Assembly: GCA_965205975.1 (NCBI GenBank)
Contig: OZ242195.1
Location: forward strand, 5,152,001-5,216,000
Length of the DNA: 64,000 nucleotides
DNA from: Candidatus Latescibacterota bacterium
Lineage (GTDB): Bacteria; Latescibacterota; UBA2968
Direction of reading: 5' to 3'
Below the pieces are notes generated by a model that saw nothing but the letters and a program-made list of their open reading frames with translations, ran no database searches and had not been told where the DNA came from. The position numbers and the translations under genes are program-made. Positions 9,245 to 19,074 of the stretch are shown here, piece by piece. Position 1 is the first letter of the stretch; each line of letters starts with the position of its first letter.

Positions 9245-9856
9245 ATGCGTAGATTATTAGCGATTGCACTTGTCGCAGCGATGGGTTTCAATGCCGAAGC
9301 AGGCAAAAGCGAAACCCTCGCATTGGGCGCAGAAGCACCGGCAACCGACCTGGAGATGAAGGGCACCGATGGTAAAATGTACACTCTGGAGAGCGTGCAG
9401 GGCGAGAAGGGTACTCTGGTGATTTTTTCGTGCAATTCCTGTCCCTGGGCCGTCAAATGGGAAAGCCGCGTAGCCAGTATTGGCAATGCGTATCGCGGCA
9501 AGGGGTTTGGTGTTATTGTGATTAATTCCAATGATCCCAGGCGTGCTGCAGAGGATAGTTTTGACGAGATGGTCGCGCGCGCAAAAGTGCTATCTTACGA
9601 GTTTCCCTATGTGGTTGATCCCGCATCCCAGGTCGCCCGCGCATTTGGCGCCAGCCGTACGCCAGAAATTTTTCTTTTTAATCATAAAGGCAAGCTCGCG
9701 TATCACGGCGCGATTGACGATAATGCTTCGGATGCCAATGCCGTGGAAGCGGCGTACCTCAAAGACGCGCTCGACGCATTGTTGGCCGGAGAAGCTGTTT
9801 CAATGTCCGAGACCAAAGCCCTCGGTTGTAACATCAAGTTCAACGAAGACTCGTAG
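9245..9856 (+). CDS. Exported thioredoxin/AhpC-TSA (redoxin) family protein
   Basis: Signal peptide; FSCNSCPW, INSND, FGASRTPE, YHGAIDD, GCNIK. Confidence 0.88.
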   Translation: MRRLLAIALVAAMGFNAEAGKSETLALGAEAPATDLEMKGTDGKMYTLESVQGEKGTLVIFSCNSCPWAVKWESRVASIGNAYRGKGFGVIVINSNDPRRAAEDSFDEMVARAKVLSYEFPYVVDPASQVARAFGASRTPEIFLFNHKGKLAYHGAIDDNASDANAVEAAYLKDALDALLAGEAVSMSETKALGCNIKFNEDS

Positions 9857-9873
9857 GGAAGGAGGATGAGAAG

Positions 9874-10116
9874 ATGAGTGTATCATCCGCTTATAGGGAA
9901 ATCATTGATTTTATTGCAGAGGGGATAACGCCTGAAGATTTGGTAGCCTTTCATCCATCTGAAACTGCCAAAAAGCAAGTCGCCGATCTGGTCTATCGCG
10001 AGAAAACAACAGGACTTACTGCAGAAGAGACGGCTGAACTCAATCATTATTTGGAACTTGAGCATCTGATGCGTCTTGCTAAAGCCCGTACCCGCCATTA
10101 TTTGAAAGATGAGTAA
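9874..10116 (+). CDS. Small helical protein, putative antitoxin partner of the HNH nuclease
   Basis: 80 aa, GGAGG RBS, 8-bp overlap with the HNH gene; LTAEETAELNHYLELEHLMRLAKAR motif. Confidence 0.7.
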   Translation: MSVSSAYREIIDFIAEGITPEDLVAFHPSETAKKQVADLVYREKTTGLTAEETAELNHYLELEHLMRLAKARTRHYLKDE

Positions 10117-10552
10117 AACCTATATCAGCGTTGCTTTACGACAACTTGCGATAACACGCGCCAGGAGGCTGTGCGAGTACTGCCTGATTCACGAAGATGA
10201 TGCCTATTTTGGATGCGAAATTGATCACATCATTAGTGTGAAACATGGCGGACCAACAGAAGATAGCAATTTGGCCTATGCGTGTTTGTTCTGCAATCGC
10301 AACAAGGGTAGTGACATTGGGTCTATCGTGAGACAAACGGGACAATTTTATCGTTTCTTTAATCCTCGTATTGATCATTGGGCAGACCATTTCGCTTTGA
10401 ACGGCGTGAGAATTGATACTCTTACAGAAATAGGCGAGGTGACTGCTCGTATTTTGGATTTCAATCATATAGACCGTTTAATTGAGCGTCAGGAATTGGA
10501 GACTTTTGGCTATTATCCTCCTCCTGACGCTCTTGTATTAATTTCAAAGTAG
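10109..10552 (+). CDS. HNH endonuclease
   Basis: CEYC...EIDHIISVKHGG....NLAYACLFCNRNKG, FNPR...W..HF. Confidence 0.92.
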   Translation: MSKTYISVALRQLAITRARRLCEYCLIHEDDAYFGCEIDHIISVKHGGPTEDSNLAYACLFCNRNKGSDIGSIVRQTGQFYRFFNPRIDHWADHFALNGVRIDTLTEIGEVTARILDFNHIDRLIERQELETFGYYPPPDALVLISK

Positions 10553-10591
10553 CAGATTGCCCGAGTTGTATCAGATTTTATCCAGACTAAA

Positions 10592-10619
10592 AAAGTCGCG
10601 TGCGTAAAGTCGCGTGCGT
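10592..10619. repeat. Perfect 14-bp tandem duplication (AAAGTCGCGTGCGT x2)
   Basis: Read directly from the sequence. Confidence 0.9.
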
Positions 10620-10638
10620 TTTGAAAGGAGTTCTCATT

Positions 10639-11829
10639 ATGACCCTTAGTGAGCAACAGATCGCGGATTACCATGAGGATGGTTATGTGATTATTCGCAA
10701 TGTCTTATCCGCGAGCGAAGCGAATGACCTTCGTCGCGTTGTGCAGGAAAAGGTCAAACGCGGTGCGTACCCACCAAAGCTTTCGTATCCTGAGCCTGCG
10801 AAGTACACCGTTAGTGGCAACAGACTATCAGAATCGGGACTTACTTCGATTTCCGAGCATCCGACGGTTGTTGGTGCGGTAGAGTCCGTACTGGGTCAAC
10901 CGGCGCATTTGACGGCTTTTGTGGCGTATTTGCGGACGCCGGGCGATAAAGGAGGTGGTGCTCACTGCGATTACAAACGGTGGCGTCCCGTTGGTTCGTC
11001 GATGAACTGGGTGTTTGCCATTATTCCGCTGACTGATTTCGATCCGGAGTATGGTCCTTTTCTGGTGTCGCCGAAATCGCACAAACTGACGCGGATAATT
11101 GACGAGGATGCACATATTTTAGATGTTACACGGCCCGATAGGAGCCAATTGCCGGATTTTATCGATCCGGAACTCAAAGCGGGGGATTTGCTGGTTGTCA
11201 ACGAGCACGTCTGGCATGAAGCACCTGCGGGTACGAGTACAGAAGACCGTTGTGGTATTTTTAATAAGTATTGTGCGGCAAACGCGCCTCCCGCCGCGGG
11301 ATATTATCCGTATAATTCCGCTTCTCTTGAGGCTTTGAGCGATGATGGAAAACGGCTTATTCCCGTCTGTTTTGACAAGCCGATTGAGACGACCCGTTTG
11401 CTTATCGAGTGTCCGAATGGTGGGGAGCCGAGGTTCTTGCTAAGACGCGATGATGAGATGGGTCGTTGGGAGTTGCCGGGTGGCGAGGGGTGGGAAGAGG
11501 AAAAGTTGGTCGGCTGGGATGTCGGCGCGCGTGTAGGCTCTTTGCAAGAACTTACCAGGAAGCAACTCGATCTGGAGGTGCCGTGGATGTCTTATATTGA
11601 AGATGTGGAAGAGGAAGATGGTATTTGTCGGGTTTATGGTTTCTCGGATGAGAATATAGACGCCGATGCGCTGGCAAACGGAGACTGCGATTGGTTTACC
11701 AGAGGACAGATACAACAGTTTCTCGGTGAGGGCGATGCGATTAGTCGCGCTGTTGAGCTATGGCAAAGAGCAGATATTATCCGCGGTAAAGGCAAGGCGT
11801 GTAATCAGAGCAAAAAACAGTTTGAGTGA
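10639..11829 (+). CDS. PhyH-family Fe(II)/2-oxoglutarate dioxygenase with C-terminal NUDIX-like domain
   Basis: LSEQQIADYHEDGYVIIRNVLS, HCD, VWHEAP, distal Arg; C-terminal WELPGG; ATG 10639 after AAAGGAG. Confidence 0.85.
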   Translation: MTLSEQQIADYHEDGYVIIRNVLSASEANDLRRVVQEKVKRGAYPPKLSYPEPAKYTVSGNRLSESGLTSISEHPTVVGAVESVLGQPAHLTAFVAYLRTPGDKGGGAHCDYKRWRPVGSSMNWVFAIIPLTDFDPEYGPFLVSPKSHKLTRIIDEDAHILDVTRPDRSQLPDFIDPELKAGDLLVVNEHVWHEAPAGTSTEDRCGIFNKYCAANAPPAAGYYPYNSASLEALSDDGKRLIPVCFDKPIETTRLLIECPNGGEPRFLLRRDDEMGRWELPGGEGWEEEKLVGWDVGARVGSLQELTRKQLDLEVPWMSYIEDVEEEDGICRVYGFSDENIDADALANGDCDWFTRGQIQQFLGEGDAISRAVELWQRADIIRGKGKACNQSKKQFE

Positions 11830-11849
11830 GCTGGATATAGATCGTTCAA

Positions 11850-13109
11850 TTATTCTTTTTTGAACACGACGACTCGGTTGGTGTTTGTACCTTTTTTTCT
11901 GTTATCGACGCCCCAAACATTGGCGGTTTTGGTGAATTTTTGGTCGTTGATTAAGACGAGCAATGGCGTGAGTCCCGCTTCGATGCCGCACGGGATAACC
12001 GCTTCTTCGAGTTTTACTTTGCCGTGTCTGACTTCGCCGACTTCAAAGGCGATATGTCCGCCGGGTTTCAAAACGCGCTTTAATTCTAAAAAGACCTTTG
12101 TCATTTCGCATTGCCATTGCTCCACTTTCCTTGCCATGGTGATGGGAACAGTTGCAGGGTCTATCCCGCAAAACCAGCATCGCAACCAGTTGTCCTGCGC
12201 GTAGTTGACGACATCGAGAAACGGCGGGGAGGTTACGACAAGGGCGAAGGAGTTGGACGCGATTTCGGGAATGCTATCTGATGGTTGCGTAAGAAAGCGC
12301 GCCTGATTAGAAGCGCATTTCAATATTTTTCGAGTTTGATCGTCGCAATTTTTTAATAGAGTACGCGTTTTTTTAAGGATGCTATCTTTGACATCTCTTA
12401 ACGGTGGTTCTTGATTTCTTTTTTTGTTGATCTTTTTTTGTGAATCAATAGAGACAGCCTGGTTGGGTGGCAGGGTATAAACAGAGAAAAAGCCGGATGA
12501 GTGACCCGTCAATCTGCTCAGTGCGACGAGGCGAATCCATTGATCAACCTGATCAGATTCCCCATTTGTTTCTTTTTTTGTAAGATATTTTTTTAAGGCG
12601 CAAATCTGCTTCAATGTTTCCGGGTGATAAAAGACCAGTAATTCTTCCGGATATTCATCGACATCTTCGAGTTCTATATGGGATAGTCTGTCGGCGACTT
12701 GATCAATGGTGGGTGGATTCAGGCGGGGGAGCGTGAGGATAGAACTCAAGGGATTGATGTCGCATCCTATGGGAATGCGCCCCAAAAGCGCGGATTCGAT
12801 GAGTGTTGTACCCCGCCCAGCAAAGGGGTCATAGACCGCGTCGCCCGGTAAGGTTAGTCGTTCGATAAAGAATCTGGGAAGTTGGGGCTTGAAGCACGCT
12901 CGATATGATATTTCGTGCAGTGCATTGGCTGCTCTTTGTTTTGCGGTCCAAAATTCGTTTACGTAAGTTTCAAGGCGAATCTGCTCTGTCTCCGTAGAGG
13001 TCACAATCGTATTTTGGCCAAATGCGTTGAAGTCCGCCAGTTCCCGTTTGAGCCATTCAGACACAGCAGCAGGGGATCCGAAACCCAATGTCAATTGCTC
13101 CATAGTCAT
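11850..13109 (-). CDS. Amino-group (N4-C/N6-A) DNA methyltransferase
   Basis: Motif I YDPFAGRGTT precedes motif IV VTSPPF; RVLKPGG; probable start 13109. Confidence 0.88.
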   Translation of the reverse strand: MTMEQLTLGFGSPAAVSEWLKRELADFNAFGQNTIVTSTETEQIRLETYVNEFWTAKQRAANALHEISYRACFKPQLPRFFIERLTLPGDAVYDPFAGRGTTLIESALLGRIPIGCDINPLSSILTLPRLNPPTIDQVADRLSHIELEDVDEYPEELLVFYHPETLKQICALKKYLTKKETNGESDQVDQWIRLVALSRLTGHSSGFFSVYTLPPNQAVSIDSQKKINKKRNQEPPLRDVKDSILKKTRTLLKNCDDQTRKILKCASNQARFLTQPSDSIPEIASNSFALVVTSPPFLDVVNYAQDNWLRCWFCGIDPATVPITMARKVEQWQCEMTKVFLELKRVLKPGGHIAFEVGEVRHGKVKLEEAVIPCGIEAGLTPLLVLINDQKFTKTANVWGVDNRKKGTNTNRVVVFKKE

Positions 13110-13143
13110 GCAGGTCTCTTCCGATTGTGAAATCGTGGCTCTA

Positions 13144-14472
13144 CTATAGCTGATGTTTGATCCATTTATCAACTACAGGTTCTATGTCTCTGGCGCATTT
13201 TTCGTCTGCTATAAGTGAAAAATTTTTGATGGGCCTGTGTTTGGAGGCTCTCATTCCTTGCTCTATTTTACATTCTAAAGGCTCGAAAAGTGAAGGGAGT
13301 TGATTTTTTTTCTGTCTTTCAGAAACGAAATCGCCCATCATCTCTGTGCCTTTAGCAAAACGATCTAAAACAGTACGCATAGCTTCTACGCTGTTATCTA
13401 TTCCAATCCATCTCCTCCCAAGCCGATGCGCGATCTCCAGAGTCGTTCCAGAACCACAAAAACAATCTAAAACTATATCATCGGGATTTGAAGACGCCTC
13501 TATAATGCGCTTGAGAAGCTCTGGATTCTTTTCTGTCGGATAGCCAGTAATTTTGATATTTTGATTGTGAGCATCGCGGTAATCGAGCCATATATCTTGC
13601 ACAGACACGCCTGGGTTTTCATCGAGATAGACTTTGCGCCTGGGATTGCCATTTGGAGACCAATAGATTTTACCTTCAGCGTCAAGCATATCCAGCTTTT
13701 GGGGCGTATATTGCCAGTGTTTGCCGGGAGGGGGGAGCATCCCCCGCCAAGGCTTTCCAGTTTCACCGTTACGGACGCCCGGCGCGTGTATGGGCACTTT
13801 TTTATACCTACGTCCTGTTTTCTCCTCTATATATTGATATTCTTTTAATGCCCGGTCTTCTGTCCAGGGTTCTATAGGGCGATTCCAAACGTATTGATCT
13901 GATTTTGTATAGAACAAGATATAATCCGAAATATTGCCATATTTCTTACGCGTATAGTTTTTGGGGTTGCATTTTTTTCTCACGATACAGTTTTTATAAT
14001 TGCTCAAGCCAAATATTTCATCCATAATTACTTTGATATGAAAGATCATTTTTTCATCCAGATGGAGATAAATTGAACCATCTTCTGCCAATAATTCTCT
14101 GAGCAAGATCAATCGCGCACGTAAAAATTCAATGAATTCCGCTCCCGTTAAATTATCTTCATAAGCGTGAGAGAGTTTCCGAGAGTGGAAAGCGGTCTGG
14201 GTTGAATAAGGTGGATCAATATAAACCAATCGAACTTTTCCGGCTATCTTACGATCATCTAAAAGTTTAGCCATAATTGGCAAATTATCACCATAAAAGA
14301 AAAAATTCCGAGTATCCGCACCTTTTTCGGTTTTTGCCCATACATTTACCAATTTTGACTTTGGGGTCTTCATTAGATCAGGTGCGGATTTTTTGCCAGA
14401 ATAATCCAGATGCATGGTCAAATCTTTTTTGTTCTTTTTTTCTTTTTTGATTGTCGGAATACCAATAGCCAT
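13144..14472 (-). CDS. N6-adenine DNA methyltransferase, beta class (M.EcaI/M.BstEII-like)
   Basis: YIDPPY, YPTEKN, VLDCFCGSGTT, WIGID; motif IV before motif I. Confidence 0.9.
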   Translation of the reverse strand: MAIGIPTIKKEKKNKKDLTMHLDYSGKKSAPDLMKTPKSKLVNVWAKTEKGADTRNFFFYGDNLPIMAKLLDDRKIAGKVRLVYIDPPYSTQTAFHSRKLSHAYEDNLTGAEFIEFLRARLILLRELLAEDGSIYLHLDEKMIFHIKVIMDEIFGLSNYKNCIVRKKCNPKNYTRKKYGNISDYILFYTKSDQYVWNRPIEPWTEDRALKEYQYIEEKTGRRYKKVPIHAPGVRNGETGKPWRGMLPPPGKHWQYTPQKLDMLDAEGKIYWSPNGNPRRKVYLDENPGVSVQDIWLDYRDAHNQNIKITGYPTEKNPELLKRIIEASSNPDDIVLDCFCGSGTTLEIAHRLGRRWIGIDNSVEAMRTVLDRFAKGTEMMGDFVSERQKKNQLPSLFEPLECKIEQGMRASKHRPIKNFSLIADEKCARDIEPVVDKWIKHQL

Positions 14473-14489
14473 TTTCGAAACCCTTGAAA

Positions 14490-15359
14490 TTATTCAACTA
14501 ACCATTCATAAGTAATACGGTCTGAGATCATACGCAGTGTAACAACTTTGACACGCCTATGCCATGTTTCTTCAATATAGGCGTAATCGTCCCACATTGA
14601 ACCTAATAACAAGCCTGGTCCATCATTTACAAAAATTACTTTTGTATTCATCCCTAAAGCGTCGGTATAGGCAATGACTTCTTGAGCGCAATCTCGGTAC
14701 TGTCCAGTGCGGTCATCTTCCTGGGCACCACCTCTATCTGAATCATAGCGAGCCAAACCTACGGCTAAAACTGTCTCATTTTCAAATATTACAAAATCGA
14801 CAGGTCTATCTGGTTTGGGATAATTTTCAAAAACATCGCCGAGCAAGACATCTTTGCCAGCTCTTTCAGGGCCAACAATTTTTAGTTGTGGCAATTGTTC
14901 TCGTAAAAGCTGAAACATTCGCTCTGTCATATCGTAACCTTTTTTACCTCGATCTTTGTACTCCCAAAGGACAGCGCACAATGCTTCATCTGGCAATGGA
15001 CGGCTTTCAAAAGCCTTCTGAACTTCTACTATTGCTCTAAATCTTTCACCAAATTCATCGCATATCTTCTGGGCGGAAGATTTTCTTTTCAGCATCTCAA
15101 CGGGGGTATCTGGGCTGACATATTTCCGAAAGACGCGCATCAATTGGATACGCATCCACGGGACACGCACATCATTCAAATGCATAAAAAAATCTATTGA
15201 GGAGTGTGCTGAACGCAATAGTTGTCCAAACATTACCAGTACAGGTTTATAGAGTTCGCATGCTTGAGGCAAGATATCGGGGTAATATTCACCAGTTGCC
15301 AAAGTGATCCAGGCATAATTGTCGGATTTGTAATCGCCAAATTTACGTTCTTGTCTCAT
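14490..15359 (-). CDS. Type II restriction endonuclease, BstEII-like (predicted GGTNACC)
   Basis: FRKYVSPDTPVEMLKRK, EYKDRGKKGY, ARYDSDRGGAQEDDRTG, NDGPGLLLGSMW blocks recalled from BstEII; adjacent to MTases. Confidence 0.8.
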   Translation of the reverse strand: MRQERKFGDYKSDNYAWITLATGEYYPDILPQACELYKPVLVMFGQLLRSAHSSIDFFMHLNDVRVPWMRIQLMRVFRKYVSPDTPVEMLKRKSSAQKICDEFGERFRAIVEVQKAFESRPLPDEALCAVLWEYKDRGKKGYDMTERMFQLLREQLPQLKIVGPERAGKDVLLGDVFENYPKPDRPVDFVIFENETVLAVGLARYDSDRGGAQEDDRTGQYRDCAQEVIAYTDALGMNTKVIFVNDGPGLLLGSMWDDYAYIEETWHRRVKVVTLRMISDRITYEWLVE

Positions 15360-15414
15360 AATGGTGGCCGATCATTTGTTATACAGAGAATATAGAGAAG
15401 TTCATTCACAAGTA

Positions 15415-15443
15415 TTTATAGACATAAAACTGCTTGATGTCAA
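15415..15443 (-). promoter_or_regulatory. Sigma70-type promoter candidate for the R-M operon
   Basis: Minus strand TTGACA-17 nt-TATAAA about 55 bp upstream of the REase start. Confidence 0.55.
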
Positions 15444-15483
15444 GATGGGAGGGAATATTCCATTCGGCGAATAGAAACGGATC

Positions 15484-17445
15484 ATGGATATTTTTATTAA
15501 AAAGGAAATATGTCGCGATCTCGGTCAGGCGATGGGGCGGGAGTGGCTTGAGACCAATGGTTTGGGGGGATTTGCGTGTTCGACTATTATCGGGATGAAT
15601 ACGCGGCGGTACCACGGCTTGCTCATTCCTGCAGAAGATGCGTCGCATGGTCGATTTGTTTCGCTGTCCAAATTCGAAGAGATGCTTATTGTGCCCGATA
15701 TGGGGACTTTTGAGCTGAGTAGTAATTGCTACGCTGGTGCCATTCACCCACACGGTTATACCCATCTCGAACACGTCCGATTGGATCCCTTTCCCATATT
15801 TACCTATTGCGTCGGCGATTTGCGTTTTGATAAGCAAATTTTTATGGTTTATGGTCAAAATACCACTGTGATTTCTTACGGTCCCTTTGATCGCCCCGTT
15901 GTGCTTACGCTGCGTCCGCTCGCGGCTTTTCGAGATTATCATTATCTAACGCGCCAGAATGATACGCTCAATGGCGATGTCGATATTTGTGATGGTCTGA
16001 TGAGTTTTCAGCCTTATTCGGAATATCCTCCTTTGCATATCGCGCACAATGGAGAATTTCAATCTCGTGGCGATTGGTATTACAATTTTGAATATGCCGT
16101 TGAAGCCTATCGCGGCCTGGATAATCAGGAAGACCTGTATTGCCCCGGAGAATTTACCTTTGATCTCGAAGCGGGCGAATCCGCGCATTTGCTCGTTGGC
16201 CTTGAACGCGGTGCATGCGATCAGGTGAATGCGCTTCGGCAGACTGAGGTAGATCGGAGAAATAAAATTGTTCAATCAGTTCCCAAATGCACGGGTCTCG
16301 GTCTGAGTGCCGATGCTTTTCTCGTCAGGCGTAGCAATGCACGCGCTACCATTATCGCGGGTTATCCCTGGTTTACGGACTGGGGGCGCGATACGATGAT
16401 TGCGCTGCCCGGTCTCGCGCTGGTGACCGGACGATTTGACGAAGCCCGCGATATTCTCGCTGCTTATGCGCGTTTCTGCGATGAGGGGATGATTCCAAAC
16501 CGTTTTCCCGATTGGGGTGATATACCCGAGTACAATAGTGTGGATGCAACCCTGTGGTATGTCTATGCGGTAGATCGCTTTTTGGCGTACACAGATGATT
16601 ATGCTTTTGTGCGCGAAAATCTCTGGCGAGTGCTCCAGGAGATCATCCACTATTTTGTTCGGGGAACGCGCTATAATATCCATCTGGATTGCGATGGATT
16701 GCTCTATGCTGGAGAGTCTGGTGTGCAACTGACATGGATGGATGCTAAGGTGGGAGACTGGGTCGTTACCCCGCGGCAGGGCAAACCCGTTGAGGTCAAT
16801 GCGCTGTGGTACAATGCGCTGTGTGTGATGCGGGATTTGGCTGATAGATATGGCGAACTCAGGCTCAGTGCCGAATACGCCAGGCTTGCGGAAAGAGTAG
16901 CTACGCGCTTTGCCGACGCATTTTGGAACCCCGGTGCCGGATGTTTGTACGATTGTCTGACCGATACGGTGCCCGATGCTGCTATTCGCCCGAATCAGAT
17001 TTTTGCCCTCAGCCTGCCGCATCGCATGCTCGATGCCGCGCGTGAACGCAGTATTCTCGATGTGGTCGAACGCGAGTTGTTCACGCCTTGCGGTTTGCGA
17101 AGTCTATCGCCATCCGACGCAGCATACCGGGGTACTTATGTCGGCGATCCGCATAGTCGCGATGGCGCGTATCACCAGGGGACGGTTTGGGCATGGCTTA
17201 TGGGGCCATTTATCACTTCCTGGGTTCGCATTCACGGCGACGAGGCAGATGTCCGGGCTAATGCAAGACGTATGTTGTGCCCTTTGTTGCGGCATGTTGA
17301 AGCGTCGGGCCTGGGACATATTTCTGAAATTTTCGATGGCGACCCGCCCCATGCATCTCGCGGCTGCTTTGCCCAGGCGTGGAGCACTGCCGAAGTTTTG
17401 CGCGCTTTTGTAGAAGATGTGCTGGACCAGGGACCTGAAAAATGA
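15484..17445 (+). CDS. Glycogen debranching enzyme (amylo-alpha-1,6-glucosidase, archaeal/GH133 type)
   Basis: REWLETNGLGGFA, TRRYHGLL, AGYPWFTDWGRDTMIALPGL, QLTWMDAK, YHQGTVWAWL, QAWS. Confidence 0.92.
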   Translation: MDIFIKKEICRDLGQAMGREWLETNGLGGFACSTIIGMNTRRYHGLLIPAEDASHGRFVSLSKFEEMLIVPDMGTFELSSNCYAGAIHPHGYTHLEHVRLDPFPIFTYCVGDLRFDKQIFMVYGQNTTVISYGPFDRPVVLTLRPLAAFRDYHYLTRQNDTLNGDVDICDGLMSFQPYSEYPPLHIAHNGEFQSRGDWYYNFEYAVEAYRGLDNQEDLYCPGEFTFDLEAGESAHLLVGLERGACDQVNALRQTEVDRRNKIVQSVPKCTGLGLSADAFLVRRSNARATIIAGYPWFTDWGRDTMIALPGLALVTGRFDEARDILAAYARFCDEGMIPNRFPDWGDIPEYNSVDATLWYVYAVDRFLAYTDDYAFVRENLWRVLQEIIHYFVRGTRYNIHLDCDGLLYAGESGVQLTWMDAKVGDWVVTPRQGKPVEVNALWYNALCVMRDLADRYGELRLSAEYARLAERVATRFADAFWNPGAGCLYDCLTDTVPDAAIRPNQIFALSLPHRMLDAARERSILDVVERELFTPCGLRSLSPSDAAYRGTYVGDPHSRDGAYHQGTVWAWLMGPFITSWVRIHGDEADVRANARRMLCPLLRHVEASGLGHISEIFDGDPPHASRGCFAQAWSTAEVLRAFVEDVLDQGPEK

Positions 17446-17460
17446 AATAGAGGTGTAAAT

Positions 17461-19065
17461 ATGAGTGACATAGATCAAAATGGTCGTGAGTGGGTTGTGA
17501 CAAAATGGGGACGCATTGAGATTGATTTTGAAAGTGATAAAGATTACGGGAATCCCATTCAAGAAGCGGCATTGCAGGTGGTGTTTACTTCGCCGTTTGG
17601 ATCGGTCTATAATGTGATGGGATTTTGGGATGGCGGGCGGCAATGGCGCGTGCGTTTTTGTCCAGATGAAGAGGGCGAGTGGTCGTATGCGACGTTTTTT
17701 TCAGATGCGGAAAACGCGGGATTGCACAATCGCGAGGGGCGTTTTATGTGCGGGCCATCGCAGACGAGCAGTGAATTTGATGTACATGGCCCAATCGCGC
17801 TGTCCGCAAGCAGGCGGCATTTTATTTATGCGGATGAAAAGCCATTTTTCTTTATGGCAGATACGGCGTGGAATGGGTGTTTGCGTTCTACGCGAGATGA
17901 ATGGCGTTATTATCTCAGCGAGCGCGTGCGGCAGGGGTTTAATACCGTGCAATGGGTGGCTACGCAGTGGCGGGCGGCTCCAGATGGCGATGTCGAGGGC
18001 AATCTGGCGTTTTCTGGGATGAAAAAGATCGCAATAAATCCGACCTTTTTTCAGCGGTTGGATGACTGGGTGGAGATGACTTTTCAGGCTGGCCTGGTCA
18101 ATGCGCCTGTGATGTTGTGGGCACTGGGAGGGCGCAATCATCCGGAAAAGAGCCCGGGCGCATCGTTGCCAGAGGACCAGATGATCCTGTTGGCTGAATA
18201 TATGGTTGCGCGCTGGGCGTGTTATCCCGTGGTGTGGATTCTGGGTGGGGATGGCAATTACGATGGCGAGAATGCCGAGCGGTGGCAGCGCGTTGGTCGC
18301 GCGGTTTTCGGGAAAGGGCCTCACGCGCCTGTGGCGATGCACAGTTCGGGGCGGCGATTCCCGACTGATGAATTTCGGTCTGAAAATTGGCTCGATGTGG
18401 TGGGTTATCAAAGCGGGCATGGCGATAGCGACGAGACTTTGCAGTGGATTGTGACAGGGCCGCCTGCGGAAGATTGGAAAAAGACGCCGCGCCAATTTTA
18501 TATTAATATGGAGCCTTCTTATGAAAATCATGTGGCCTATCATTCAAAGCGACCACACGATGCAGCGTCGGTGAGGAGTGCGATGTACTGGAGCCTGCTC
18601 AACGCGCCAACCGCTGGCGTGACTTATGGGGGGCATGGTGTGTGGGGGTGGGACGATGGCAGCGGTCCACCCGTCGATCATCCCAATTCGGGAACGCCTC
18701 TGCCCTGGCATGATGCGCTGCTGATGGATGGGGCAGAGCAAGTTCGCTATCTCGTTGATGCATTCGATTCTATCGGGTGGTGGACGCTGCGTCCGTCCCC
18801 AGAGTTGTTGGGCATCCAGCCCGGCGAGCGAGATATACACAATCACATTTTGATTTCTAAATCTGTGGCAAACGATCTCGTGGTTGCCTATACACCACAG
18901 GGTGAGGCGGTGGTGGTGAAGATGGCGGGGCTGTCACCACAGCTTCGGGGTATCTGGTACAATCCGCGCGATGGCGATGTGGAAGCAGCAGAAGTGCGCG
19001 AGGGTAACGGCAAGCGCATTTACGAAGCACCGGGAGATGGCGATTGGCTTCTGGTCATGGCATGA
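17461..19065 (+). CDS. DUF5060/DUF4038 glycoside hydrolase (apiosidase/GH140-like)
   Basis: GFWDGG..WRVRF.P...GEW, PFFFMADTAW, WILGGD, QSGHG, EPSYE, TYGGHGVW, WYNPRDG. Confidence 0.82.
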   Translation: MSDIDQNGREWVVTKWGRIEIDFESDKDYGNPIQEAALQVVFTSPFGSVYNVMGFWDGGRQWRVRFCPDEEGEWSYATFFSDAENAGLHNREGRFMCGPSQTSSEFDVHGPIALSASRRHFIYADEKPFFFMADTAWNGCLRSTRDEWRYYLSERVRQGFNTVQWVATQWRAAPDGDVEGNLAFSGMKKIAINPTFFQRLDDWVEMTFQAGLVNAPVMLWALGGRNHPEKSPGASLPEDQMILLAEYMVARWACYPVVWILGGDGNYDGENAERWQRVGRAVFGKGPHAPVAMHSSGRRFPTDEFRSENWLDVVGYQSGHGDSDETLQWIVTGPPAEDWKKTPRQFYINMEPSYENHVAYHSKRPHDAASVRSAMYWSLLNAPTAGVTYGGHGVWGWDDGSGPPVDHPNSGTPLPWHDALLMDGAEQVRYLVDAFDSIGWWTLRPSPELLGIQPGERDIHNHILISKSVANDLVVAYTPQGEAVVVKMAGLSPQLRGIWYNPRDGDVEAAEVREGNGKRIYEAPGDGDWLLVMA

Positions 19066-19074
19066 GGAGATGAT

